Shown here: positions 55,891 through 64,000 of the stretch, piece by piece
Position numbering within the stretch: position 1 is the stretch's first letter
How the letters are laid out: every line of letters begins with the position of its first letter
Source: Bacteroidota bacterium
Lineage (GTDB): Bacteria; Bacteroidota; Bacteroidia; Flavobacteriales; BACL11
Direction of reading: 5' to 3'
NCBI GenBank assembly: GCA_036339955.1
Contig: JAYYZX010000025.1
Coordinates: 66,631 to 130,630, forward strand
DNA: 64,000 bases
Translations under genes and position numbers: made by a program
The notes under the pieces: model-generated
Told to the model about the DNA's origin: nothing
Seen by the model: only the letters and a program-made list of their open reading frames with translations
The model's database searches: none

Positions 55891-57125
55891 ATTGTATTTC
55901 TTGTTTTTTGTTCAAGCAATAATTCCTTCCCCTTTAATATCTTATCAATAGAATGCTGATTGTAATGTCTAATAGTATATAATGTAAGACCTTCATTAAA
56001 AACCACATTAAAATTACTCTGCAGGTCATCTAATACCTTGGGAATTTTATATTTATCGTGATCGAGACATACAGAAAAGCTTACCGCAGAATGCTGCATC
56101 ATATTAATACGAATATTGTGTTTTGAAAAAATAAAAAAGATGTTACTTAAGTGCTCTTCAACTATAAAAGAAAGCAATGGATCAGAAATAGAAATTAATA
56201 TTTGATTCTCCTTAACAATATAGAAGGGCAAAAGTGGTTTTATTTTACTCCCCTTAATAATTGTTGTCCCCTTTAAATCTGGGTTTATAAAAGATTTTAC
56301 TCGCAATGGGATATTTTTAGTTTGTAAAGGTTGTATAGTATTTGGATGTATAACTTTAGCTCCATAAAAGGCTAGCTCTATAGCCTCATGAAAAGGGATA
56401 CTCAATATTTTCTCAGCATCATTAAACAAATTTGGATCTGCATTCATGATCCCAGGAACATCTTTCCATACAATAAGCTCTTTTGCATCTAATCCGTATG
56501 CTAAAATAGCAGCTGTAAAATCTGATCCTTCACGGCCTAATGTTGTAGTACAATTTTCAGTTGTCCCTCCAATAAATCCTTGTGTAATATATGTCTTTCT
56601 AGATTTAATAATATTATTAATAGAGCTAATTGTTTCTTCCCAATTAACTTTTGCAAAACGATAATCAGCATTAGTCTTTATTAGATCACGAGCATCGATC
56701 AAATTATTATTGATTCCTTTATCATTACAATAAGCGCTCATAATATTAGAAGACAAAAGTTCTCCTACAGATACAATTTGATCGTAGATATAATCATAAT
56801 CCCCATTATATTCTTCTTCAAGAACCCATTCAATTTCAACAAACAAATTGTTTATTATATTATGTATCTCATGGTCTTTATGAAATAACTTTTTAACTAG
56901 ATTAAAATGGAAATCTTTTAACTTTTGAAGTTTTAAAAACATATCTTCTTTTAGACTATTTACATATAAGCCAACTATTTCTTCAAGCATATTAGTAACC
57001 TTCGCTATCGCTGAAAAAACTATAATAATGGGTCTGGATTTATATTTATGTAATATATGTCCAACATTTTTTATCGCTTTATCATCTTTTATAGATGCTC
57101 CCCCAAATTTTAAAATAATTCTCAT
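55872..57125 (-). CDS. aspartate kinase
   Basis: ORF track 55872..57164. The internal ATG at 57123-57125 gives MRIILKFGGASIKDD, the canonical kinase N-terminus. C-terminal ACT-like region. Confidence 0.85.
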   Translation of the reverse strand: MRIILKFGGASIKDDKAIKNVGHILHKYKSRPIIIVFSAIAKVTNMLEEIVGLYVNSLKEDMFLKLQKLKDFHFNLVKKLFHKDHEIHNIINNLFVEIEWVLEEEYNGDYDYIYDQIVSVGELLSSNIMSAYCNDKGINNNLIDARDLIKTNADYRFAKVNWEETISSINNIIKSRKTYITQGFIGGTTENCTTTLGREGSDFTAAILAYGLDAKELIVWKDVPGIMNADPNLFNDAEKILSIPFHEAIELAFYGAKVIHPNTIQPLQTKNIPLRVKSFINPDLKGTTIIKGSKIKPLLPFYIVKENQILISISDPLLSFIVEEHLSNIFFIFSKHNIRINMMQHSAVSFSVCLDHDKYKIPKVLDDLQSNFNVVFNEGLTLYTIRHYNQHSIDKILKGKELLLEQKTRNTIHLVLK

Positions 57126-57140
57126 AATAAACAGAAAGTA

Positions 57141-57148
57141 CAAAGTTA
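57141..57148 (-). promoter_or_regulatory. -7 box TAACTTTG upstream of the aspartate kinase gene
   Basis: Plus strand CAAAGTTA at 57141-57148, 16 nt upstream of the ATG at 57125 and inside the longer track ORF. Confidence 0.35.
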
Positions 57149-57218
57149 ACAATTGTTTTATCATAAAATCAGAATAAAAAAACCGATATTTGTACTCTAT
57201 ATTAACATAAGGGTTAGC

Positions 57219-58412
57219 GTGAAAGTTGCATTTTTAACATCAGGAGGTATTGCTCCTTGTTTATCAGCTTCAATTGGGAGATTAGCTTCTAATTATTTTA
57301 AACTTTTCCCAAGCATAGAAATTATAGGATATCTAAATGGTTATAAAGGTTTATTAAAAGGGGAATCTATTCTCTTCCCAAATACAATCAAAAAAAACAT
57401 AACTTCTTTTTATCAATTTGGAGGTAGTCCAATAGGGAATAGTAGAGTTAAGCTTACCAATGTAAGTGATTGTATAAAACAAGGGTATATACAAGAAAAT
57501 CAAGACCCTTTACAAATTGCAGCACAGCAACTAATAAAAGACAAAATAACTATTTTGCATACAATAGGTGGAGATGACACTAATACAACTGCTGCTGATT
57601 TAGCTAAATATTTGAAAAAGAATAATTACCAACTTACAGTAGTTGGCATCCCTAAAACTATTGATAATGACGTCTTCCCTATTACTCAAACATTAGGCGC
57701 CTGGACAGCTGCAGAACAAGGTGCTATTTTCTTTGAAAATATAGTGAATGAGAATACTACAAGTGATAGACATCTTATTATTCATGAGATAATGGGTCGA
57801 AATTGTGGGTGGCTTACAGCGGCAACTGCATATACTTATAGAAAGAGATTAGAGGCTATTAATTTTATACCTGAAATTGGAATAATAAAAGAAAAATGGG
57901 ATATACATTCTATAATGATACCAGAAGAAAAATTGGATTTTCAAAAAGAATGTGAAAGACTAAATACAATTATGGATACTTATGATTGTGTAAATATCTT
58001 TTTAAGTGAAGGAGCAGGCTTAGATATTATAGTAGAAGATTCCATAAATGCAGGTAAAAACATTTTAAAAGATGCTTTTGGGCATATTCGGTTGGACGAG
58101 CTAAACCCAGGAGTATGGTTTGCTAAACAGTTAAAGTCTCAGCTAAAAGCAAATAAAGTGTTAGTACAGAAAAGCGGTTATTTTAGTAGAAGTGCAAAAC
58201 CAAACAAAAAGGATTTAAAACTTATCTTTGAGCTTGCTGATAAAGCAGTACAAAGCGCAATAGCAGGAGAAAATGGTGTTGTAGGCTGGGACGAAGATCA
58301 TAATAATATCTTAAGTTGTATAAGCTTCAATAGAATAAAAGGAGGTAAACCTTTTAATACCTCAGAAGATTGGTATGTTAGAATGTTAAAAGAAATTCAT
58401 ACTATAAAGTAA
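57219..58412 (+). CDS. pfp: phosphofructokinase family protein with PPi-dependent signatures
   Basis: ORF track 57153..58412. GTG at 57219 gives (M)KVAFLTSGGIAPCLSA. Motifs TIGGDDTN (GGDD rather than GGDG) and PKTIDND (Lys rather than Gly) are the residues generally associated with pyrophosphate rather than ATP use. Confidence 0.8.
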   Translation: MKVAFLTSGGIAPCLSASIGRLASNYFKLFPSIEIIGYLNGYKGLLKGESILFPNTIKKNITSFYQFGGSPIGNSRVKLTNVSDCIKQGYIQENQDPLQIAAQQLIKDKITILHTIGGDDTNTTAADLAKYLKKNNYQLTVVGIPKTIDNDVFPITQTLGAWTAAEQGAIFFENIVNENTTSDRHLIIHEIMGRNCGWLTAATAYTYRKRLEAINFIPEIGIIKEKWDIHSIMIPEEKLDFQKECERLNTIMDTYDCVNIFLSEGAGLDIIVEDSINAGKNILKDAFGHIRLDELNPGVWFAKQLKSQLKANKVLVQKSGYFSRSAKPNKKDLKLIFELADKAVQSAIAGENGVVGWDEDHNNILSCISFNRIKGGKPFNTSEDWYVRMLKEIHTIK

Positions 58413-58420
58413 CTCTGCAC

Positions 58421-61400
58421 TTGAAAGCTCCTTTATTATCTTATTTTGGGGAACCGTCTACGACGAAAAAATTAAAAGAAGCCATTCGACAAGATAATGG
58501 CAAAATCCAACTTACAGGATTAGCAGGATCTTCTTTTGCTGTCACTTCTGGAGCAGTAATTAGAGAAAGTAAAAAGCCTCATGTCTTTATTTTTGAAGAT
58601 AAAGAACAAGCCTCTTATTTTCTAAATGATATTGAATCTTTGTTAAATAATGAGATCTTCTTTTATCCAGCCTCATACAGAAGAGCATATCAATTTGAAG
58701 AAACAAATAATGCTAATATTCTATTACGATCTGAAGTACTAAATAAGCTCAACAATAAACGTAATCCTATTATTATAACTTATTCTGAGGCATTATCGGA
58801 GAAAGTAATAAATAGGAAAGAATTAAAAAAACAAACTATACTGCTAAAAAAAGGAGAGGAAATAACTATTGAAAAGATAGAAAATTTGCTATTAAAACTT
58901 CATTTTACTGCTGTTGATTTTGTTGTTGAACCTGGAGAATTCTCAATTAGAGGAGGAATTATAGATGTTTTTTCATATGCTAATGAACATCCATATAGAG
59001 TTGAATTCTTTGATAATAAAATAGAAAGTATTCGATCTTTTAATATCAATACTCAACTATCAATTTCTTTAGAAGAAAAAATAGAAATTCTACCAAATAC
59101 AGAAGCGAAAAATTCTAGTATTGAGCATGTAAGCTTCTTAGAATATTTACCAAGAAACAGTATTATATGGTGTAAAAAAATTGAGTATACTAAAGGTGTT
59201 CTTGCCAATTATTTTAATAAAGCAGTAAACTATTTTAATGCTTTAAAAGGGGATATAAAACATCAAAACCCTGAGTTATTGTTTACTAATGGAGAAAGTT
59301 TTTGTAAAGACCTAACCAAGTATATCATAGTTGAACATTCTCCCAATCCAACTTTCTTACCAAATAATATAATAAATTCCAATTGTAAACCGATTCTAGA
59401 ATTTAATAAACAACTTGAATTATTTAAAAAAGATTTAATAGAAAAAAAAGAGAAAGGATTTCGTAATATTATTTTATGTTCATCAAAGGAGCAGGAAAAG
59501 CGTTTTCATGCAATATTAAGTAACAATACAGAAGAACTAAAATATCTCTGCATACAATTTACTTTACATGAGGGGTTTATTGATACAAATAATAAATTAG
59601 CGGTTTATACCGATCATCAGATATTTAACAGATATCACCGTTTTAAACCAAAAATAAAATTTACTGACAAACAGGCTATTACAATTAAACAGTTAACTAA
59701 ACTCCAAGTTGGAGATTATGTTACACATATTGATCATGGAATTGGGCAATTTTCTGGATTACATAGTATAGATAATGATGGAAAAAAACAGGAGGTTATT
59801 AAGTTGAACTATAAGAATGGAGATATCTTATATATCAGTATACATGCATTGCATAAAATAGCAAAATATGCAGCGAAAGAAGGTTTAGAACCAAAAATTA
59901 ATCAATTAGGCTCCCCTGCTTGGAACAAAAGCAAACAGAAAACAAAAAAAAGAATTAAAGAAATGGCCTTTAATCTCATTAAATTATATGCAAAAAGAAA
60001 AAAAGAAATAGGCTTCTCTTTTGCTCCAGATAGCTACCTGCAAAACGAACTAGAAGCCTCATTTATTTATGAAGATACTCCTGACCAGATAAAAGCTACT
60101 GAAGCAATAAAAGAAGATATGGAAAAACAAATTCCTATGGATCGCTTAATTTGTGGAGATGTTGGATTTGGCAAAACAGAAATAGCTATACGAGCAGCCT
60201 TTAAAGCAGTGACAGACAGCAAGCAAGTAGCTGTTTTAGTTCCAACGACTATTCTTGCATTACAACATTTTAAAACATTTCAGAAAAGATTAAACAACTT
60301 GCCATGTAACGTGGATTATATCAATAGATTTAAAACAAATAAACAACAAACTGAAAGCCTAAAAAGATTAAAAGATGGCGAAACAGATATATTTATTGGT
60401 ACACATCGGATAATAAGCAAAGATGTGAGATTCAAAGATCTAGGATTACTCATAATAGATGAAGAGCAGAAATTTGGTGTAAATGTAAAAGATATGCTCA
60501 AGACTCTCAAATCTTCTATAGATACACTTACTTTGAGTGCTACTCCTATTCCTAGAACTTTACAATTCTCTTTAATGGGAGCAAGAGATTTATCTATAAT
60601 TAATACGCCTCCCCCTAATCGACAAAGTATAGAAACACGAATCATTCATTTAAATCAAGAAATAATTAGAGATGCAATCAGTTATGAGATGAGTAGAAAT
60701 GGTCAAGTTTTTTTTGTACATAATAGGATTGAAAACATTAAAGAAGTAGCTGGATTTGTGCAAAGATTATGTCCTGATGCGAAAATTAAAACTGGTCATG
60801 GGAAAATGGAGGGGCGAGATCTAGAATATTTAATGCTAGAATTTATGGAGGGAGAATTTGATGTCTTAATTTCTACAACTATTATTGAGAACGGATTAGA
60901 TATCCCAAATGCAAACACAATTATTATAAATAATGCGCAAAATTTTGGCCTAAGTGATTTACATCAAATGAGAGGGCGAGTTGGGAGATCAAATAAACAA
61001 GCTTTCTGTTATTTAATAGCCCCTCCTACACATGAATTATCAAATGATGCAAGGAAAAGATTGAATGCATTAGAGCAGTTCTCTAATTTAGGAAGTGGAC
61101 TCAATATTGCGATGAGAGATTTAGACATAAGAGGAGCAGGTGATTTGCTAGGAGCAGATCAAAGTGGCTTTATTAATCTATTAGGATTTGAAATGTACCA
61201 TAAAATATTAAATGAGGCTATTAAGGAATTAAAAGAAGAGAGGTTTCAACACCTATTGAATCAATCTGATTGTTATTTAAAAGAATCTCAATTAGAAACA
61301 GACTTGGAAATACAAATACCTGACACATATATTACTAATGTAGAAGAAAGATTAAGTCTCTATAAAGAATTGGCAGAATTTTCAAAAGAAAAAGATTTGA

Positions 61401-61729
61401 TACTTTTTGAAAAAAACTTAAAGGATAGATTTGGTCCATTGCCAAAAGTATTATTTAACTTGTTTGATTCTATAAGGTTAAAATGGCTTGCTAGCAAACT
61501 AAATTTTACAAGAATTTTAATCAAAAAAAATCAAATGAGAATATATCTTCAATCTAGCCCTGAGAGAATTTTTGATTTTAATTCGGAAACATTTACTCAT
61601 ATTCTAGAATATCTTAAAAACAATCCCAAACAGAGTAAAATGAAAAAAAATCAAGATAAAATTTATTTACTATGTGACGAAATTAAAGATATTAGTGACG
61701 CAATTGGCGTATGTAATCAATTTATATAA
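58421..61729 (+). CDS. mfd: transcription-repair coupling factor Mfd
   Basis: 1102 aa; UvrB-homology N-terminus, CarD/RID domain, superfamily 2 helicase motifs (GDVGFGKTE, DEEQKFG), TRG region. TTG start in the track. Confidence 0.95.
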   Translation: MKAPLLSYFGEPSTTKKLKEAIRQDNGKIQLTGLAGSSFAVTSGAVIRESKKPHVFIFEDKEQASYFLNDIESLLNNEIFFYPASYRRAYQFEETNNANILLRSEVLNKLNNKRNPIIITYSEALSEKVINRKELKKQTILLKKGEEITIEKIENLLLKLHFTAVDFVVEPGEFSIRGGIIDVFSYANEHPYRVEFFDNKIESIRSFNINTQLSISLEEKIEILPNTEAKNSSIEHVSFLEYLPRNSIIWCKKIEYTKGVLANYFNKAVNYFNALKGDIKHQNPELLFTNGESFCKDLTKYIIVEHSPNPTFLPNNIINSNCKPILEFNKQLELFKKDLIEKKEKGFRNIILCSSKEQEKRFHAILSNNTEELKYLCIQFTLHEGFIDTNNKLAVYTDHQIFNRYHRFKPKIKFTDKQAITIKQLTKLQVGDYVTHIDHGIGQFSGLHSIDNDGKKQEVIKLNYKNGDILYISIHALHKIAKYAAKEGLEPKINQLGSPAWNKSKQKTKKRIKEMAFNLIKLYAKRKKEIGFSFAPDSYLQNELEASFIYEDTPDQIKATEAIKEDMEKQIPMDRLICGDVGFGKTEIAIRAAFKAVTDSKQVAVLVPTTILALQHFKTFQKRLNNLPCNVDYINRFKTNKQQTESLKRLKDGETDIFIGTHRIISKDVRFKDLGLLIIDEEQKFGVNVKDMLKTLKSSIDTLTLSATPIPRTLQFSLMGARDLSIINTPPPNRQSIETRIIHLNQEIIRDAISYEMSRNGQVFFVHNRIENIKEVAGFVQRLCPDAKIKTGHGKMEGRDLEYLMLEFMEGEFDVLISTTIIENGLDIPNANTIIINNAQNFGLSDLHQMRGRVGRSNKQAFCYLIAPPTHELSNDARKRLNALEQFSNLGSGLNIAMRDLDIRGAGDLLGADQSGFINLLGFEMYHKILNEAIKELKEERFQHLLNQSDCYLKESQLETDLEIQIPDTYITNVEERLSLYKELAEFSKEKDLILFEKNLKDRFGPLPKVLFNLFDSIRLKWLASKLNFTRILIKKNQMRIYLQSSPERIFDFNSETFTHILEYLKNNPKQSKMKKNQDKIYLLCDEIKDISDAIGVCNQFI

Positions 61730-61735
61730 TTACTA

Positions 61736-62977
61736 TCATCTTCTTATAGCTTCCACTGGATCTAATTTAGAAGCAGAATATGCAGGAGAAAGACCGCTAA
61801 TTACACCAATAATACATGAAACAGAAAGTCCTAGTATAATATTTTTAATACTCAGAAATAATTTGAAATCAATAAAACTGTTTATCAATATTACTAGTAA
61901 AAAAATAATAAAAATCGCTAATACTCCTCCTAAAAAACAGAGTAAAATTGCTTCAAACAAAAACTGAATTAAAATAAAATATTTCTTTGCTCCTAATGCT
62001 TTTTGAATACCAATAATACGTGTCCTTTCTTTTACAGAAACAAACATAATGTTTGAAATTCCAAACCCTCCAACTAAGATTGAAAATCCACCAATAATCC
62101 AACCAGCAAGACCAATTACTTCGAAAAGATTATCGAGAAAGCGAGTTGCAATACTAATCTGATTAATAGCAAAATTATCTTGATCTAAAGGGGGTATTGT
62201 TCTAAGGCCACGCAAGATATTTCTAAGTTCAGCTTTTAATTGGTTTAATGAAATCCCTTTTTTAGAATCTACCATAATAAGAGGATCGCTATTTTTAATA
62301 TTCAAAATTTGTTTCCCAAACGCATGAGAGCATAATACAAGATCATCAAAACTAGTGAAATCAATAATACTTTCCCCTTCTCTTGCAAGAACCCCAATTA
62401 CTTGTGTTTTTATACCTCCTATCTTAATTGTCTCTCCAATAGCATTAAATCTTCCAAATAAGCTGTTAGCTATATTACTACCAATTATTGTATAGTTTTT
62501 TCCAGAATTTATTTCTTCTTCTGTAAAAAACCTTCCAATATTTAAATTTAAACTTGCTAAATTTGCGTAATCATAAGTAACTGCTTTTACATTAACATTT
62601 TCTAAGATGTTATTTGTAGATTTAATAGTTTTTTCTCCTTCAAAAACAAAAGCAGATAAATTAATTAAGTGACTTTTATCGTTAAGATAACGAAATTCTT
62701 TAAAATTAACTTCTGGTCTTTTATAATAATTCCACCATTGATAATCACCCCTTTCTTCTTCTGCCCATGGCCATTTCTGAATATATAATACATTCTCTCC
62801 TAATGAATTAACATTAGACCTAATGTTCCTCTCTAAAGAATCAACAATAGTAAATACAGAAATAATAGCAATTATACCAATCGTGACTCCTAAAAGTGAT
62901 AAAAATGTCCTTAACTTATTATTTATAATTGCTTCCCAAGCAAAAAATATGCTCTCAACAAATATATTCCAAAACAT
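61736..62977 (-). CDS. ABC transporter permease, FtsX/MacB-like
   Basis: 413 aa; TM1, large periplasmic domain, then a 3-TM FtsX-like C-terminal domain. Confidence 0.8.
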   Translation of the reverse strand: MFWNIFVESIFFAWEAIINNKLRTFLSLLGVTIGIIAIISVFTIVDSLERNIRSNVNSLGENVLYIQKWPWAEEERGDYQWWNYYKRPEVNFKEFRYLNDKSHLINLSAFVFEGEKTIKSTNNILENVNVKAVTYDYANLASLNLNIGRFFTEEEINSGKNYTIIGSNIANSLFGRFNAIGETIKIGGIKTQVIGVLAREGESIIDFTSFDDLVLCSHAFGKQILNIKNSDPLIMVDSKKGISLNQLKAELRNILRGLRTIPPLDQDNFAINQISIATRFLDNLFEVIGLAGWIIGGFSILVGGFGISNIMFVSVKERTRIIGIQKALGAKKYFILIQFLFEAILLCFLGGVLAIFIIFLLVILINSFIDFKLFLSIKNIILGLSVSCIIGVISGLSPAYSASKLDPVEAIRR

Positions 62978-62995
62978 ATAGATTCAGTTTATAAT

Positions 62996-63003
62996 CAAAA
63001 GTA
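62996..63003 (-). promoter_or_regulatory. -7 box TACTTTTG upstream of the FtsX-like permease gene
   Basis: Plus strand CAAAAGTA at 62996-63003, 19 nt upstream of the ATG at 62977. Confidence 0.35.
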
Positions 63004-63115
63004 GAAAAAAAGGAGTTAACAATATTATAAAGTTATTAACACTTTAATGATTTGATGATGGAGTAGTTGTATGTTGAAATCGTTTTGGGTAACTTGCAAT
63101 TAATAAATAATTTAG

Positions 63116-64000
63116 ATGCGTCACAGGCAAATAAAGAATGTCCTAATATCAGTATTTAATAAGAAAAATCTTTCAAATATTGTAATTAGATTACATAAAT
63201 TAAATGTAAATATTTATTCCACAGGAGGGACAGAAGAATTTATAAAAAATCTACATATACCGGTTAAAAAAGTTGAGGATTTAACCTCCTACCCATCAAT
63301 ACTGGGTGGTCGTGTTAAAACTCTACATCCTAAAATATTTGGAGGAATTCTAGCAAGACGAGATTTAGAAATAGATAATAATGAAATAGAAAAATATAAG
63401 ATTCCTGAATTTGATTTAGTAATTGTAGATTTATATCCATTTGAAAAGACACTCAAGAACTCAAAATCAGAAAATGAAATCATAGAAAAAATTGATATTG
63501 GAGGAATTAGCTTAATAAGAGCAGCAGCAAAAAACTTTAAAGATGTATTAGTTATCTCGCATGTAGATCAGTATGATGATTTAATAGATATTCTAAAACG
63601 AAACAGCACAACTTTAAAGACAAGACGATTATTTGCAGCACAAGCCTTTAACATATCATCGCATTATGACACTACTATATTCAATTATTTTAAAACGGAT
63701 GAGCTTCTATTAAAAGAAAGTGTGCTAGAATACAAAAAATTAAGATATGGAGAAAACCCTCATCAAAAAGGTATTTTCTTTGGTAATATAAATGAAATCT
63801 TTGACCAACTTCATGGGAAAGAATTATCTTATAATAATTTATTAGATATAGATTCTGCACTGAATATAATCAACGAATTTGATGATCCTACTTTTGCAAT
63901 ACTAAAACATACTAATACATGTGGTATTGCAAGTCGTGATAACTTAACTGAAGCATGGGAATGTGCTCTATCTGGAGACCCTATTTCTGCATTTGGGGGA
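63116..64000 (+). CDS. purH: bifunctional AICAR transformylase/IMP cyclohydrolase PurH, N-terminal part (runs off the window end)
   Basis: Not in ORF track (no stop in window). ATG at 63116; translation MRHRQIKNVLISVFNKKNL...STGGTEEFI...SYPSILGGRVKTLHPKIFGGILARR...DLYPFE...IDIGGISLIRAAAKNF is the MGS-like IMP cyclohydrolase domain of PurH. Confidence 0.9.
   Translation, partial: MRHRQIKNVLISVFNKKNLSNIVIRLHKLNVNIYSTGGTEEFIKNLHIPVKKVEDLTSYPSILGGRVKTLHPKIFGGILARRDLEIDNNEIEKYKIPEFDLVIVDLYPFEKTLKNSKSENEIIEKIDIGGISLIRAAAKNFKDVLVISHVDQYDDLIDILKRNSTTLKTRRLFAAQAFNISSHYDTTIFNYFKTDELLLKESVLEYKKLRYGENPHQKGIFFGNINEIFDQLHGKELSYNNLLDIDSALNIINEFDDPTFAILKHTNTCGIASRDNLTEAWECALSGDPISAFGG

Noticed and set aside
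63289-63483. 64-aa minus-strand ORF near the window end.
   Set aside because: It lies antisense to the clearly identifiable purH N-terminal (MGS-like) coding region, which is missing from the track only because it has no stop in the window.
1-64000. Alternative genetic code (for example TGA read as Trp) of the kind seen in some very AT-rich reduced genomes.
   Set aside because: All conserved genes are full length under the standard code, ends align with expected family lengths, and no conserved gene appears split at TGA. There is no evidence for recoding.
1-64000. Search for tRNA, rRNA, CRISPR arrays, IS elements and large dispersed repeats.
   Set aside because: Intergenic spacers are short (mostly under 150 nt) and none shows a cloverleaf-like GC-rich segment, a repeat-spacer periodicity or terminal inverted repeats. 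The only tandem repeats found are the in-gene ones at 27746-27895 and 21748-21777, plus the MraZ boxes.

Overview
AT-rich (hand-sampled lines mostly in the 20s to low 30s % GC) chromosomal segment with the gene content and synteny of a Flavobacteriia-class Bacteroidota bacterium. About 70 tightly packed genes. No rRNA, tRNA, CRISPR array, transposase or integrase is visible. Left to right: the complete dcw cell-wall/division cluster (mraZ-rsmH-ftsL-like-ftsI-murE-mraY-murD-ftsW-murG-murC, minus strand) preceded by three phased GTGGG MraZ boxes; gliding/T9SS-associated genes in their classical neighbourhoods (gldB-gldC next to nadE; mutY-ssb-gldE-gldD); a T9SS-sorted M43-type metalloprotease; housekeeping genes (lnt, pssA, purS, lptB, tatC, kpsF, recQ, serS, rplU-rpmA, ctaA, HU, rng, recX, prfB, fumC, manC, feoAB, mlaEF, rsmA, mgtE, aspartate kinase, PPi-type pfk, mfd, purH). 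The stretch that housekeeping biology does not explain is 41795-46976. It holds six tightly spaced minus-strand genes. All six encode proteins with N-terminal signal peptides ending in A|Q. I recognise a family only for one of them, a small beta-barrel OMP. The set includes a tandem paralog pair with a conserved Cys pair and a protein with three Cys-bracketed helical repeats. I flag this as the best candidate for an undescribed cell-envelope system. I cannot assign a function from sequence alone. Other points: two small genes missing from the ORF track (a 28-aa Arg/Lys-rich bS22-like protein and a 45-aa Cys-containing lipoprotein-like ORF upstream of feoAB); a 10 x 15-bp tandem repeat giving ribosomal protein L21 a (KKATT)n tail; prfB without the usual programmed frameshift; recurrent Bacteroidetes-type TAnnTTTG -7 boxes that refine several start codons and predict leaderless or near-leaderless mRNAs.
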